Positions 29,137 to 43,100 of a stretch of DNA of 64,000 bases are shown here, piece by piece; the first letter of the stretch is position 1, and the number at the start of each line of letters is the position of its first letter. The notes below the pieces were generated by a model that made no database searches, was not told where the DNA came from, and saw nothing but the letters and a program-made list of their open reading frames with translations. Both the position numbers and the translations under genes were made by a program. Origin of the DNA: Octopus vulgaris (Eukaryota); assembly GCA_951406725.2 (NCBI GenBank), contig OX597832.1, positions 60,326,001-60,390,000 of the forward strand, read 5' to 3'.

Positions 29137-31990
29137 TACTACTTCTACTATTACTACTGCTGCTACCACTGTTACAACTACTGCTACTACTAAAACTTCC
29201 ATCACCTCCACAGTAATCACCACTGCCACTACCTCCTATTCTGCAACAAGCACCAACAACAGCCCCTTGACCACAACTATTAAGCATTAATGCCAACACC
29301 ACTGCCTCCAGTTCGACAACCACCATCATGAAAACTACAATAACTTTCTCCACGACGACCCTACCATGACCACCATCACATATACTCCTATAAACAACAG
29401 CAACAACAACAACATCGCAACTGCTACAGCCACCACTTTCACCACTGCCAACACGCCGCAACCACAACCACAACCACCTCCACAACAACCACCACCACCA
29501 CCACCACCGCCGCCGCCGCCGCCGCCATCACCGTCGCTTCCTATACCATTATAAACACCTACAACAACAACACCGCCGTCAATAAAAACACCTCTCTCAC
29601 CACTGCCGACACCAATATAAACATCCCACGACCTCCACAACCCACCCCTCGCCATCACCGCAGCCGCCACCACCACCACCACCACCGCCTAAGACATCCA
29701 CGTTTACAGTTAACTCCAACAGAACATCACCCCTCTCTGCTGTAACGCAACCCATACTAACCCCATCATTAATCCTTCTCAAATTTAAATTTAACTATTT
29801 CTTTACATCCGCCACCGCCTTTTTTACACTTCCCCAACCACCACCACCACCACCGCCACACTCTTTACACTCACCCCAACCCACCGGCACCCTCATTTAT
29901 TCCCCACCCCACATCCATCTTTTACGCCACCATCACCACTCCCTCTCTATACGTCTCCGACACCTCCTCCATCACACCACCACCTCCTTTTTACACTTCC
30001 CCACACCTCTCCATCCTTTACACTACCGTACCCCTCTATTTTACCCCGACACCTCCTCCTCCTTTGCACCACCAGCGCCCTCTATGTCTACTCTTTTCCG
30101 ACACCTCTCCATTTGCACCGCCACCATCACAATCACCACCACCCTCTAACTACACCTTCTCTAACACCTCCCCCCTCTTTTACACTACCGACACCGCCTC
30201 CTTTACACTTCATCATCCCCTTTCTTCTACTCCCCACAATTCTCCCACACCAATTACCAGGGGGACGGCAGAGGGCGGTTATATATATACTCTACTTTCA
30301 CTTTCATTATCAATTTCTTTTTTTTTTCTCTCACCTAATGTTTTCTCTTTTGTTTCTAGCTGTCGACTACGTTAATATTCTTGTTGTTCTTGTTGTTGAC
30401 GTCGTCGTTGTCATTGTTGTTATTATTGTTGTTATTGTTGTTGTGTTTCTTCCGATTCTTCAAACGTTTTCCTTCCTTCGCAATTTCTTTCTTATAAATT
30501 GTTTTTTCTCTTTTTTTATTTTCACATCCCATTTCTCTTGATTGTAATTTGCATGCTTATTGTTGATGTTGCCGTTACTATTGTTGCCACATTTGTTGTT
30601 GTTGTTGTTGTTGTTGTTATTGTTGTTGTTGTCGTTGCTGCTGCTACTGCTGCTACTGCTGCTGCTGCTGTTTTTGTTATGATGATGCTGGTGATGGTGA
30701 TGGCGAGGGTGAAAGGTGATTGTCGTATTATATTTTAAAATTTTTTTTACACTTTTTCAGTTTTCTTTTTCATTCTGTTTCGAATTTCGTTTAATTTTTT
30801 TCATGTTATATTTATTTATCTCATGCTCTTTTTTTCATTTTATTTATTTTATTTTATTAACTGCTTTATTTTTCATCTATACTTTTCTCTCTTTTGTGTT
30901 TTATTTTTTAGATTTCAAAAAATAAAAATTCTCATCTTTTCAATTTCCTTCAATTATTCATTCATACGTTTTTTTCTTTTCTTCGTTTTTTCATTCTTTA
31001 CTTTTCTTTTCCTTCCTCTTCTCCATTCTCTTTTCTCCTTCCTTTCAACTTCCTTTTTCTATTTTTCGTTCCTCTAATTTCCATTTCTTTCCTTCTTCTC
31101 TCCTACCTAACTCATTCATTACCTTAGCTCTATCTTTCCACCCTACTTTAATTTACCTTCTTCTCACTCATTCGACTTTGTTTTCCTTCTTCTCTTTCAC
31201 TTTTTCTTTCCGTCTCTATTATAATTCTTACTTTCATTTCTTTTCTTTTTTCTTTTATTATTTGTTTCTTATATTTTCCCCTTCCCTTCCTTAGTCTGTA
31301 GTAACCTTTTTCTTCCTTTATCTCTTTCACTCCTTTACTTTCTGCTTCTCAACATCTCCACTCCATTCTTTCCTCCTTCTATCTCTCTTTCTTTCTCATT
31401 GTCTTTCTGTTATCATCTCCCTCCTACCCCCACCCTCTATTTCCTTTCTCTCCTATCATTCTTTCTCTCCTTCCCTCCTGGCTCTCCTCACAATTTACTC
31501 TCTTCTCTTTTCTCTCATTCTCTCCTTTACCTTCTTTCCATTTTCTCATTTCCCTCCTCTCCTTCTCTCTCTTCTTCTCGCCTTCAATACTTCTCACTTT
31601 CTTTTCTTCCAGTCTTTCTTCCTTACCTTTCCCTCTCCGCTATTGCTCCTCCTCTTTCCTTTCTCTTCTCTCCTTTCTCTTCTCTCCTGTCCTTCTTCTC
31701 CTTCTTTCCTTCCGTCTCTCTCTCTCTCTTTCTCTCCATCTTTCTCTTCCCATCTCTCTCTCCTCCTTGTCTCCACCACTCCTTTCTCTCCCTTCCTCTC
31801 TTCCTTCCTCTCCTATCTTCCTTCCTCTCTATCCATCACCACAGAACACAGCAATACCAGATCTACAAATAGAACCAGCAGAGAAAATAATTGAAAGATC
31901 TGTAACAGTACATCTAAACCTTTCACCTTTCACCCCCCACCTCACAACCACCACAACAACCTCCTCCGCCTCCGTTCCTGAGACACACTA
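27756..31990. repeat. Long low-complexity tract (CTA/CTG/CCA triplets, then pyrimidine-rich)
   Basis: Composition visible directly. Confidence 0.85.
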
Positions 31991-32294
31991 ACGCACGTAC
32001 ACACACGCATACACACACACACACACCAGCAGACACACATGCGGAGTTAAAGATGTGTCGTTATTCAGATTCCTCATCTGGCAATAAGTTATTAGCAACG
32101 CAAGTACCATAATCCAAGCTGACTATTACCTCTTTACCGCTTTCATTCTTTCCTCCCACGCCCACCCCGCCTAACCCCGACTCACAGCAATCTACGGAGA
32201 ATGAATTAATAAACGAACGAGCGAACGAGAGTAAGAAAGAAGGAAGGAAAGAAGGTATGAGAAGAAATGAGTAAATTGCCGAAGAACATGTGTG

Positions 32295-32353
<59 letters not shown>

Positions 32354-32476
32354 GTGCGTGTGTGTGTACGTGTGTGTGCGTATGTATGTGTGTGTATGTA
32401 TGTATACGTGTATTTATGCGTCTATGTGTGTGTGTATGCAAGTATATATATTTATGTATGTATGTATTATGTATGT

Positions 32477-32536
<60 letters not shown>

Positions 32537-32645
32537 ATGTATGCATGTGCGTTCACATGCACAGTTTTGCATGCACCATAAGCAGTTTACGCATATATAT
32601 TTATACATGTATATAGGTGTGTGTGAGCGTATGCGTGTGTGTGAT

Positions 32646-32701
<56 letters not shown>

Positions 32702-32811
32702 TGTGTGTGTGTGTATGTATTCAGAATTAAACTAGCATTAAGAACATAAATATTTGCTTTAAATATGGTAAGCATGAATTTATATGTGTAAGTATGTGAG
32801 TGTATTTGTCG

Positions 32812-32876
<65 letters not shown>

Positions 32877-32911
32877 TATATACATATATATGTACATGTA
32901 TATATATATAG

Positions 32912-32944
<33 letters not shown>

Positions 32945-33012
32945 TACTAATACAATTGTTCGTTTGTTTTCCACCTGCCTTCGTCTTTTGTTTATTTTCA
33001 TAAAGCTTCCCG

Positions 33013-33063
<51 letters not shown>

Positions 33064-33550
33064 TATATACATATATATGTATATCTATATATAGTATATA
33101 TATATATGCACATATATGAATATATCTGCACATATATGAATATGTGTGTCTTTATGTGAAGTAGGTCTTTGTGTGTTTGGTTTTATAGAGGGATGAATAT
33201 CGAACTCAGTACATTATTTAGAGTATATCTATGCTATACTTTAAACATTTGAATTATCATTGTTGAATCTAAATACACATCTTTTTCTACAAAATGTTAC
33301 CATAAAGGGGAAGAGTCTTCCCTTTCGTGTGAGATATTTTTCAATTTTCATCATAAAAAAAACAATAATGATGATGATGATGATGATGATTATGATGATG
33401 ACGATGACGATGACGATGATGATGATGATGATGATGATGGTGACAACGATGATGATGTTGATGATGATGCGGGAAGGTAGGAATATAAAAGCACGCATGT
33501 ATGTATGTACGTACATGTATATATATATATATATATACATACATACACAC

Positions 33551-33585
<35 letters not shown>

Positions 33586-33831
33586 CAAATATATATATAT
33601 ATATACAAATACATATATATATATACATACATATATATATACATACGTATACATGTATGTATGTGTATCTATGTATGAATATGTATATGCATGTACATAT
33701 ATATGAATGTATTGATAGATACACACATATGTGTGTGTTTGTGTGTATCTGACTGCTTATGAATACACATATCATAAATATATGTAAATATAATCATATA
33801 GATACATACATACACGTATACATATATATAC

Positions 33832-33862
<31 letters not shown>

Positions 33863-34461
33863 GTATATATAACATACATACGCATACATATATTTGTGTA
33901 CACATACATGTATACACACACACATACATATATGTATATATATATATATATGCGTGTATGTATATGTGGACAAATATGCATGGTAAGTATGTATGTATGC
34001 ATGATAAGTGTATATGTATGCATGTGTGTATGTACAGATGTATATATGTATCTCTACATGTATGCATACATGCATTTATGTATGCATGTATGCATGTATG
34101 TATTCTATATACTACAAAGCAATCTTCAAAGAAATACAATTGTAGATATTTTCTTTGATTATGCAGCATCATTTTAGATCCAGAGGAATGGTACGGAGTG
34201 GTGGCCGGGGGAGGGGCGATTGTCGTCATCACCCCCCACACACACGCGCGCGCACTCACACAAACGCATACATACGCATACGCATACACTCACATTTACA
34301 CACACAAAATGGCATTTGCCTGCCTCCAACGCACAATTGGTTGTGTTTCTGACTCAGATCCCAATATTGCTACTGCTGCTGCTGCGGCTGCTGCTGCTAC
34401 TGCGGCTGCTGCTGCTGCTCTTGTTATTACTATTCTTGTTACTGCTGTTGTTGTTATGGTT

Positions 34462-34492
<31 letters not shown>

Positions 34493-34493
34493 T

Positions 34494-34865
34494 TATTACC
34501 TCCGACTTAGCGAAGGCGGGAGTATTGTTTTCAGTCGTATTTGTTTGTTTGTCCTTAGACAAGATATCTCAAGAACCACTGGATGGATTCGGATGAAACT
34601 TCCAGGGATGTTTAGCCTCGTGAATGGCACGAACTGATTGGAATTGGGGATCGATTCGGTACCAGACAAGGATTCTGGATTATTTTACCTGTTTTATTTT
34701 ACTTAAATTCTCAGAGCGGTTGAGTTCATTTTTAGTATTCTCGTTTGTGAGAGCAGTCGAGATTGTTTCATATATTCTCATTTTAAAAATCATCTCTGGC
34801 TAATCGTTGAGAGGATGTTGGTGTTGCCTTGGTGGAGGTTTGCGCTCTCTGACTGCTCTTGTTTT
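34494..34865 (+). mobile_element. Non-autonomous Helentron/Helitron2-type element (HINE/DINE-like)
   Basis: 5' TTATTACCTCCG sub-TIR, GTTT microsatellite, GGATGGATTCGGATGAAACT core, 3' GGTGGAGGT sub-TIR plus hairpin GCGCTCTCTGACTGC, T-rich flanks. Confidence 0.7.
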
Positions 34866-34998
34866 AAACTGTTTTATAGAGGTAATATCCGAGCATTACA
34901 ACAGCTTTGCCATAGCGAGGTGCTAAATGTTGCTTTCACTACGGGTTTTGTCGTTGCTGTTGTTGTTGATGTTGACATCACCGTTGTCACTGTTATGG

Positions 34999-35032
<34 letters not shown>

Positions 35033-35729
35033 GCTGCAATTTTTTGGCTCCAGGTGGGACATGAATGACCAAATCTACAGTAAATAATGTTCCAACAATG
35101 ACCACCACTCCTTTTATTTCGTAGCTACTATGTTTCTAATAGTTGTCCGATATAAGATTAGATATTGAAGGGTGTTTTTTTTCTTATGACGATGGAGTAT
35201 GTTTTAATGGGAACTTTCACTGCTATTTCTAACAGATCACGCAACTATATAGAGAGTCACTTGCTGCTGGACTTCCTGCTGTTATTGTTACTGCTGCTGC
35301 TACTGCTGCTGTTGTTGCTTTTGCTGCTGCTGCTGTTTTGTTTTTTTTGCTGTATATGTTTAGCTTCTACCTTCCAATATTGAACAACGTTCTAGTAAAC
35401 ATTCTGTAGCATTTTCAGATACGATATAACTATAGCGAGCTCACTGAAGGCCGTCGTCGACGCGTTGTTCCTAAGATCAACAGAAGCTCATCTTCGCTAC
35501 TCGTGCAATTCTTGCCAAAGACTCTGAAAGTATAATAAAGCGTTACTTATGATGATGTATTCTTCTTGCGAGGATCCCCATGTTTTAAGGATACATAACA
35601 TACGACCTTCCTCCTCGTATACGCTTGCATAAAGTCTCGCGTTAGGAGGTATTTTCCTTGGTCACGTAGTACTGCCATATAAATTTTTCTGTTAAGTGAC
35701 ACATTTTCATAACGTTTTCTAAAAAAAAA

Positions 35730-36155
35730 ATAGATTAAAAAGAATTCGTCCTATTTTTTCTGAACTGCTATGCGAGCTTAGCGATAGCTATTAACACCCA
35801 GTACTGCTGCCGCAGTCTCCTTTAGAGGGAGTTAAAACTAATAATATTTCCATTTTTTTTAAACCAGTGGATGCGTTCCACTAAATATATATAAATAAAC
35901 CTTCGAACAGACGCTCAATAGCGACGCCTGCTGGATTCGGCTTCTCCACATTGATAAGGGGCAAATACCCCGAAACGAATCTGTGGGAATTGAACCAGCA
36001 AAGGGAAGCTGATGACCTCCCCAATTCGAAGGTTGTAATGGACACTGATTTGTGTTTCACATAGCTAGCTAGAGGCGATGGCCTCTTGGAGCAAATCAAC
36101 GACGGCATTCGTCCTATTTTGTGGACTGCCATGTTAGCTTGGCCATATCTGTTAA
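35730..36155. mobile_element. Diverged, rearranged relative of the palindromic element at 56391-56920
   Basis: Shared GCTGCCG..TCTCCTTTAGAG.GA and TTCGAAGGTT.TAATGGAC..ATAGCTAGCT.GAGGCG.TGGCCTCTTGGAGC. Confidence 0.7.
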
Positions 36156-36244
36156 TATATATATATTATTGTATGTATGTATGTATATACATACATATAT
36201 ATATACATATATATACATATATATGTATATAAAAATATTTTTCG

Positions 36245-36330
36245 TAATGAGATAAAAACCAAGGCAGTGTAGATTTTAGAACATTTATAAATAGGTCTTC
36301 CAGCTGTTTCTAGGGTATTTATTATATCCC

Positions 36331-36335
<5 letters not shown>
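36245..36335 (-). mobile_element. Truncated repeat with a hammerhead-like remnant
   Basis: ATGAA-ggg..ccc-ta-GAAAC-AGCT-G; the 5' core is lost into a (TA)n run. Confidence 0.35.
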
Positions 36336-36372
<37 letters not shown>

Positions 36373-36382
36373 CATACATACA

Positions 36383-36463
<81 letters not shown>

Positions 36464-36879
36464 CAATGAGCTTCTTTCAATTTTCGTCTACCAAATTCAC
36501 TCACAAGGCATTGGACATTCGTCGGCGCGAAGCTACAGTAGAAGACAGTTGGCCAAAGTGCTGCGCAGTAGAAATGAAACCGAAACTACGTTGTGCAAAG
36601 CGAGCTTCTTAACAACACATCCATATTTGTACCTGCATGTTAATGCTCGTTGTTGTTTTTTTGTGGTTTCTTTGTGGTTGATTTGTTTTGTTTTGAATTG
36701 CTTATTTTGCTTTCTGGAATGGACATGTGACTGGCAAAAACATAGCTTGAGTTATAATTGTACAGAACGGTAAATATGCAAGATTTACCCCCAAAATATC
36801 CAGTATATTTCAAAAGTTTTCCCACTGAGATTTTCTTTTTTTTTTTTTTTTTTGACAAGTAAAAAATACCTCGAAAATC

Positions 36880-37216
36880 TTCGGAATCAGGTAAAGATAA
36901 ATCAGCTCAAGGCACTTTGTAATACCAAAGTGAATATCAAAGAATTTGAGATAATTGAGAAATATCAGCACCGAATCACAGAAATGAAGAGATTATGGAA
37001 AACCAAAACGACAAGTATTCCTGTGACAATTGGTGCGCTTGGCACAAAACCCAAACTGGTATCTAGGAGGCTGAAGAATATTACAACTGAGAAACGTATT
37101 GTAAGACAGAATGAGAATGGAATCTTGAATCTTATTCTTGAGATTTGAGGAGACTTGTCACCAGACCCCAACTTAACATCTCAGCGAACTGATTAAATGC
37201 GCAATAGATGTTGAAC
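36880..37216 (+). mobile_element. RLE-type (Dong/R4-like) LINE 3' end with (AAT)n tail
   Basis: IEKYQHRITEMKRLWKTKTTSIPVTIGALGT is a typical RLE C-terminal motif. Confidence 0.8.
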
Positions 37217-37263
<47 letters not shown>

Positions 37264-37264
<1 letters not shown>

Positions 37265-37398
37265 TGCACACATCCTACGCAGAACACTTTCCATACAATA
37301 ACCATCAGAGCATCACAACAAATCACAGCACATACCCAAGGCACACAGAGCTGCGCTCGGTAGTGAAGTGAAAGCACGCTATAAAAATAAAACTACTA
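37264..37398 (+). mobile_element. Second RLE-type LINE 3' end nested in the (AAT)n array
   Basis: AHILRRTLSIQ* then a short UTR and (AAT)n. Confidence 0.7.
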
Positions 37399-37460
<62 letters not shown>

Positions 37461-37472
37461 TGATAATAATAA

Positions 37473-37712
37473 CCCCTTCTATTATAGGCACAAAGCCTGA
37501 AATTTTGGGGGAAACAATAAGCATGCAAATTACAATCAAGAGAAATGGGATGTAAAATAAAAATTGGATTAGATCGACTCCAGTACTCAACTGGTACTTA
37601 ATTTTAGCGACCCTGAAAGAATGAAAAGCGAAGTCGACCTTGGTGAAGTTTGAACTCAGAACATAGCGACGGGCGAAATACCGCTAAGCATTTCACCCGG
37701 CGTGCTAACGAT
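37473..37712 (-). mobile_element. Family C SINE (alternative tail with ATT repeats)
   Basis: Core and B-box homology; tail TTGTGCCTATAATAGAAGGGGTTATT. Confidence 0.75.
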
Positions 37713-37729
37713 TATTATTGTTATTATTA

Positions 37730-37775
<46 letters not shown>

Positions 37776-38774
37776 GTCGATGATGCTGCTGATAATGATG
37801 ACGATAATGATGATGATGATGATTTGTTAATGATTTCTAATAATGATAATTATTTATGTCCCAGCGTCGTTAATTTATGCGAATCAGTCGTTAATTTATG
37901 CCTGGAGGCTGCAATTTACATTCCTCAACACAAATATATTCATGTTTCCATTGTTAAAGTTCGCTCTTTTTCGTATAAATTTCATTCCTTTTTCTCTCCT
38001 GGTAACACATTAAAAAGGTCGGAGTAACATTGACACCGGAAACCCAGAAATGATAAAACTTTTATCTATTCATTTATTTGTTTATTGCATTCTCCGCCGC
38101 ATATTAATTTCCTTGTATGTTGTAATGTATTTAATAAGTTAACCACTTAACTAATTGTATCCATTGTATTTCATGGATATGAAATTATTAATTTAATAAA
38201 ATTTTTAAGCAATTTATTTTGCAAAGATTACCAACGTAATCTTTGCATGGCCACAGCTCAAGAGCTGAAACTGGAAAAGATAAACATAAACGTACTTTGT
38301 ACTTTGTAAATGTGTTGAAAGTACGGTGAAAGATACTATTTACTGATGACGCTTGAGCAAACTGAAACATGACCAAAGTTGTTTCCCGTAGTCACCGGAA
38401 AAGAATTATTGAAAAAAATACATAAATCAAACATCATTTATCTTTTGTTTATTTCAGGTATGAGACTGCAGCCATGCTATATAAGAAAAAGAGAGAAGAT
38501 ATTATGAGATATTATGTTTTCTCTTTTTTTTATGTTGAGGACATTAAACACGTTGACACTATTCTATTTGGTGGATATTATAGGGGTGATGACTCTGACT
38601 GGGTTTCACCCTGATGATGACCTCATCAGTGTGATTTACTTAATAATTCTTTGCCCATCTGTGCACTGACCAAACAATTGTTATGAAAATGTAGAAGAAT
38701 TACGAAGATTGTACATTTGTTGGTCCAAATTGTCTTAAAATCAGAAATGGTTATCTATTTACACGTATGTATAT

Positions 38775-38871
<97 letters not shown>

Positions 38872-39277
38872 CAGAAGTGGCTGTGTGGTAAGTAGCTTGT
38901 TTACCAACCACATGGTTCCGGGTTCAGTCCCACTGCGTGGCACCTTGGGCAAGTGTCTTCTTCTTTAGCCTCGGGCCGACCAAAGCCTTGTGAGTGGATT
39001 TGGTAGACGGAAACTGAAAGAAGCCCGTCGTATATATGTATATATATATATATGCGTGTGTTTGTGTGTCTGTGTTTGTCCCCCTAGCATTGCTTGACAA
39101 CCGATGCTGGTGTGTTTAAGTCCCCGTAACATTAGCGGTTGGGCAAAAGAGACCGATAGAATAAGCACTGGGCTTACAAAAGAATAAGTCCCGGGGTCGA
39201 GTTGCTCGATTAAAGGCGGTGCTCCAGCATGACCGCAGTCAAATGACTGAAACAAGTAAAAGAGTAAAGAGTAAAGA

Positions 39278-39280
<3 letters not shown>
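38872..39280 (+). mobile_element. Family B SINE, near full length
   Basis: End-to-end homology; sits between TA arrays. Confidence 0.88.
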
Positions 39281-39328
<48 letters not shown>

Positions 39329-41581
39329 GTTATATTATATTATATTTATTCATATATAGAGAGAGAGAGCGATAAATAGGTAAGTAGATATGTATATCTA
39401 TATATATACACACACACAGATATATGTGTGTGTGTGTTTACGTATATATATATGTATATGTATATATATGCGTGTGTGTGTATGAGCGTATATGTGCGTG
39501 CGTGCGTGCGCGTGTGTGTGTACGCGCGTTGCGTGTGCGTGTGTGCTAATTAGCTCGACAAATTGATTCTTCCATCCATCAAAAACTATGACCACCAACC
39601 ACAAACCCCCGTTTTACTCCCTTTATTAATCTTCTTTGCACACTTGTTGTCTTTCTGATTTATATTTTCTTATTCACGTTCAACTTCCACCTCTCTCTCT
39701 TCCCGCCATTTCCCTTTCTCTCTTCCCGCCATTTCCCTCCTCTCTTCCCGCCATTTCTCTTCTCTCATCATTCTTATAATTGATGTTATTGCTGTGGCTA
39801 ATACAACACGAGGTTACCGCTGCCTCAGCGCTATCTCATCGTTCTTGCTCTTGCTGCTATCGTTGTTGCTGCAGTTGGTGGTGGTGGTGGTGGTGGTGGT
39901 GGTGGTGGTGCTGTCAATAGTTTTGCTTATGTGGTTGGTTTTTGTTGTTGCTCTTCTTATTATTGTTGTTCTTGTTGTTGTTCTTATTATTATTATTGTT
40001 GTTGTTTTTGTTGTTGCTCTTGTTGTTGTTCTTATTATTATTGTTGTTCTTGTTGTTGTTCTTCTTATTATTGTTGTTTTTGTTGTTGTTATTATTATTG
40101 TTGTTTTTGTTGTTGCTCTTGTTGTTGTTCTTCTTATTATTATTGTTGTTCTTGTTGTTGTTCTTATTATTATTATTGTTGTTTTTGTTGTTGTTATTAT
40201 TATTGTTGTTTTTGTTGTTGCTCTTGTTGTTGTTCTCCTTATTATTATTGTTGTTCTTGTTGTTGTTCTTCTTATTATTATTGTTGTTCTTGTTTTTGTT
40301 CTTATTATTATTGTTGTTTTTGTTGTTGGTCTTGGCGAAGTCGCTTTTGTTGTTGCTGCTGTTGTCGTTGGTGCCGTTCGTACTTATGTTGCCGGTGGTG
40401 TTTGGCTTTTGTTGTTGTTGTCGTTGTTGCTGTTGCTGGTGGTGGTTGTGGGGGGGGGGGGGTGTAGTTCTCTTGATCCTCTGATGGTATTGCCGCTTCT
40501 ACAGCTGCTGAGGTTATTGTTGTTGCTGCTACTGCTGCTGCTGTTGTTGTTGCTGGTGTTCATGTCGTTGTTCTTGTTATTGTTGTTGTTGCTGTTGTTG
40601 TAAGTCAATCGCGCCATACTTCTCCATCCCCACCACCAACCCCACCTCCACCACCACCACCACCACCTTCTACACCTCCTCACCTCATCCCCCACCTTCT
40701 ACACCCCCTCACCTCACCCCACCCCACCCTAACTCCTCTACTTACTCGACGTAATCGTCATTTATCATCGATGTTTGACATCGATATAGCAACCACCAGC
40801 GCCACAATCACCATCACCCCCACTACCACATCCACCACCTCCGCCACCACTACAACCTCCACCACCATCACACACACACACGCGCGCGCGCGCGCACACC
40901 GTCACCTCATGACTATAGCAAGCGATCATTGCCGACTCCCATCCATGCCACCAGTAACGCCACCACCACTACAACCACTGTCGCAATCATCACCACCAGC
41001 GCCGCCATCAGCAGCCGTGACCCTCCCCGACACCTCCGCCGTTTCTACCACCACCACCACCACGAACACCACCAGCAAAACCACCACCACCGTCCTCTCC
41101 TCCGCCGCCTGGATCGTTTATTCCAGTAAACATTTAATGAAAGCTGACGCTAATGTCGTCATAATTGAAGTTGTTATTGTTGTTGTTGTTGTTGTTGTTG
41201 TTAATATTGGTGTTGTTCTTGTGGTGCTGGTGGGTGGTGCTGGTGGTAGTTTCTGGTGCTGGTTGTGTCTTAATCGCGATTATATTACCGTTCTTCAACC
41301 CCAGGTCGGCGTCACCACCTCACTTCCCATCCATGAAAGACCAAATCATAAATCATTGACATTCCAGTTTCTACATGGTCTCTCGACCTGCCAGATATAA
41401 TAGTCAAATGCTTCATAATAGAGGAATATCGAGGACACACACACACACACACACTAAGATAGATAGATAGATAAAAAGATAGACAGATCCCTCCCTCTCC
41501 CCACTTTCTCGCCTCTCCCTCTCTTACCCTCTATTTCCCTCTCTCTCTCTCTTTCTCTCTCTCTCTCCTCTCTCGTTCGTG

Positions 41582-41622
<41 letters not shown>

Positions 41623-41669
41623 CATATATATATATGTGTGCATATATATATATATACGTATTGTATATT

Positions 41670-41740
<71 letters not shown>

Positions 41741-41742
<2 letters not shown>

Positions 41743-42121
41743 AAGCGCAATGACCCAATGGTTAAGGCAGTGGACTTGCGGCCGTAGGACCGAAGTTTCG
41801 ATTCCCTGATCGAGCGTTGTGAGTGTTTATTGAACGAAAACACATAAAGCTCCACGTGGCTCCTGCAGGGTGTGGTGGCGAACCCTGCTGTACACTTTCC
41901 CCACTACTTTCTCTCGCTCTTTCTTCCTGTTTCATTTGTACAAGCATTTCAAAGGGGTCAGCCTTGTCACGTTCTGTGTCTTGCTGAATCTCCCCCAAGA
42001 ACAACGTTAAGTGTGCACATGTCTGTGGAGTGCTCAGCCACTTGCACGTTAATTTCACGAACAAGCTGTTCCGTTGATCGGATCAAATGGGACCCTCGTC
42101 GTCATAACCGACGCAGTGCCA
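41741..42121 (+). mobile_element. Family A SINE head with a different 3' half
   Basis: Matches 3516 and 20322 up to ~41925, then an unrelated tail; a degraded tail homologue lies near 43930-44060. Confidence 0.75.
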
Positions 42122-42219
42122 CGACGATATATATAAAATTAAGATTCAGTTAAATTAGATACTTGTCCATCTTTGTTACTTATTTAAATGTGTGTGTGTG
42201 AGTGTGTGTTCTTATACGT

Positions 42220-42283
<64 letters not shown>

Positions 42284-42571
42284 ATACACTCTTTCAACCT
42301 TCTTTCGTGCCTTTATTTTCTATTTTATTATTTTTCGGATGAAAGACTAGTTTCCGAAACGTCTTAACAATGTCCTTTTAATTTAAACGCTAAACTAATA
42401 TAAAATTTGTTAAAATGTGTTCCTTACGTGCCGTCTTCTTTATGTACTCACCACCCAGCTTAAATAAATAAATGTGTGTGTGTGTGTGTATGCATGTATG
42501 TTTGTATTTATGCATATTTATAATTATATGTATGTGTGTGTGCATGTGCGTATATATATACATGTTTATGT

Positions 42572-42618
<47 letters not shown>

Positions 42619-42828
42619 ACGAAGAGAGAGTGCAGGTTAAATTGGAGGTGGAACTGTTTGGTAATACTGCTGACGCGGTTGGATTCTGCGCAGACTGACG
42701 AAAACCCAATGTTATCAGTACAAGACGCTGCCAGTCGCTTCTGGCTCCTTTCCATATCGGGTTTTCATCAGCATTTTCAAGGAACCATCCAAACCTGCAG
42801 CCATACTATATTTGTATGTGTGTGTACA

Positions 42829-42893
<65 letters not shown>

Positions 42894-42964
42894 CATCTTT
42901 TTGTGTCTATGTGCGTATGTACATATATATATATAATATATACGTATGCATATATATAAATTAG

Positions 42965-43017
<53 letters not shown>

Positions 43018-43068
43018 CATACATATAGATATTTATATATGTGTATTTTGCATCTCTCTCTTTCTCTG

Positions 43069-43100
<32 letters not shown>

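Noticed and set aside
27068-29488. Long Ser/Thr/Val-rich ORFs (350 and 340 aa) resembling mucins
   Set aside because: They are translations of triplet microsatellites, open in several frames on both strands, with a frameshift between tandem units and no splice or domain evidence.
35430-35560. Helitron PIF1 helicase fragment (ATRAILA)
   Set aside because: Only one short motif across frameshifts; too weak to call.
38340-38375. CTGATGA...GAAAC hammerhead candidate (also 46211-46250)
   Set aside because: No valid cleavage triplet or stem I pairing; could be chance.
39794-40603. Hydrophobic 269-aa multi-pass membrane-like ORF
   Set aside because: GTT/ATT/CTT triplet repeat translation.
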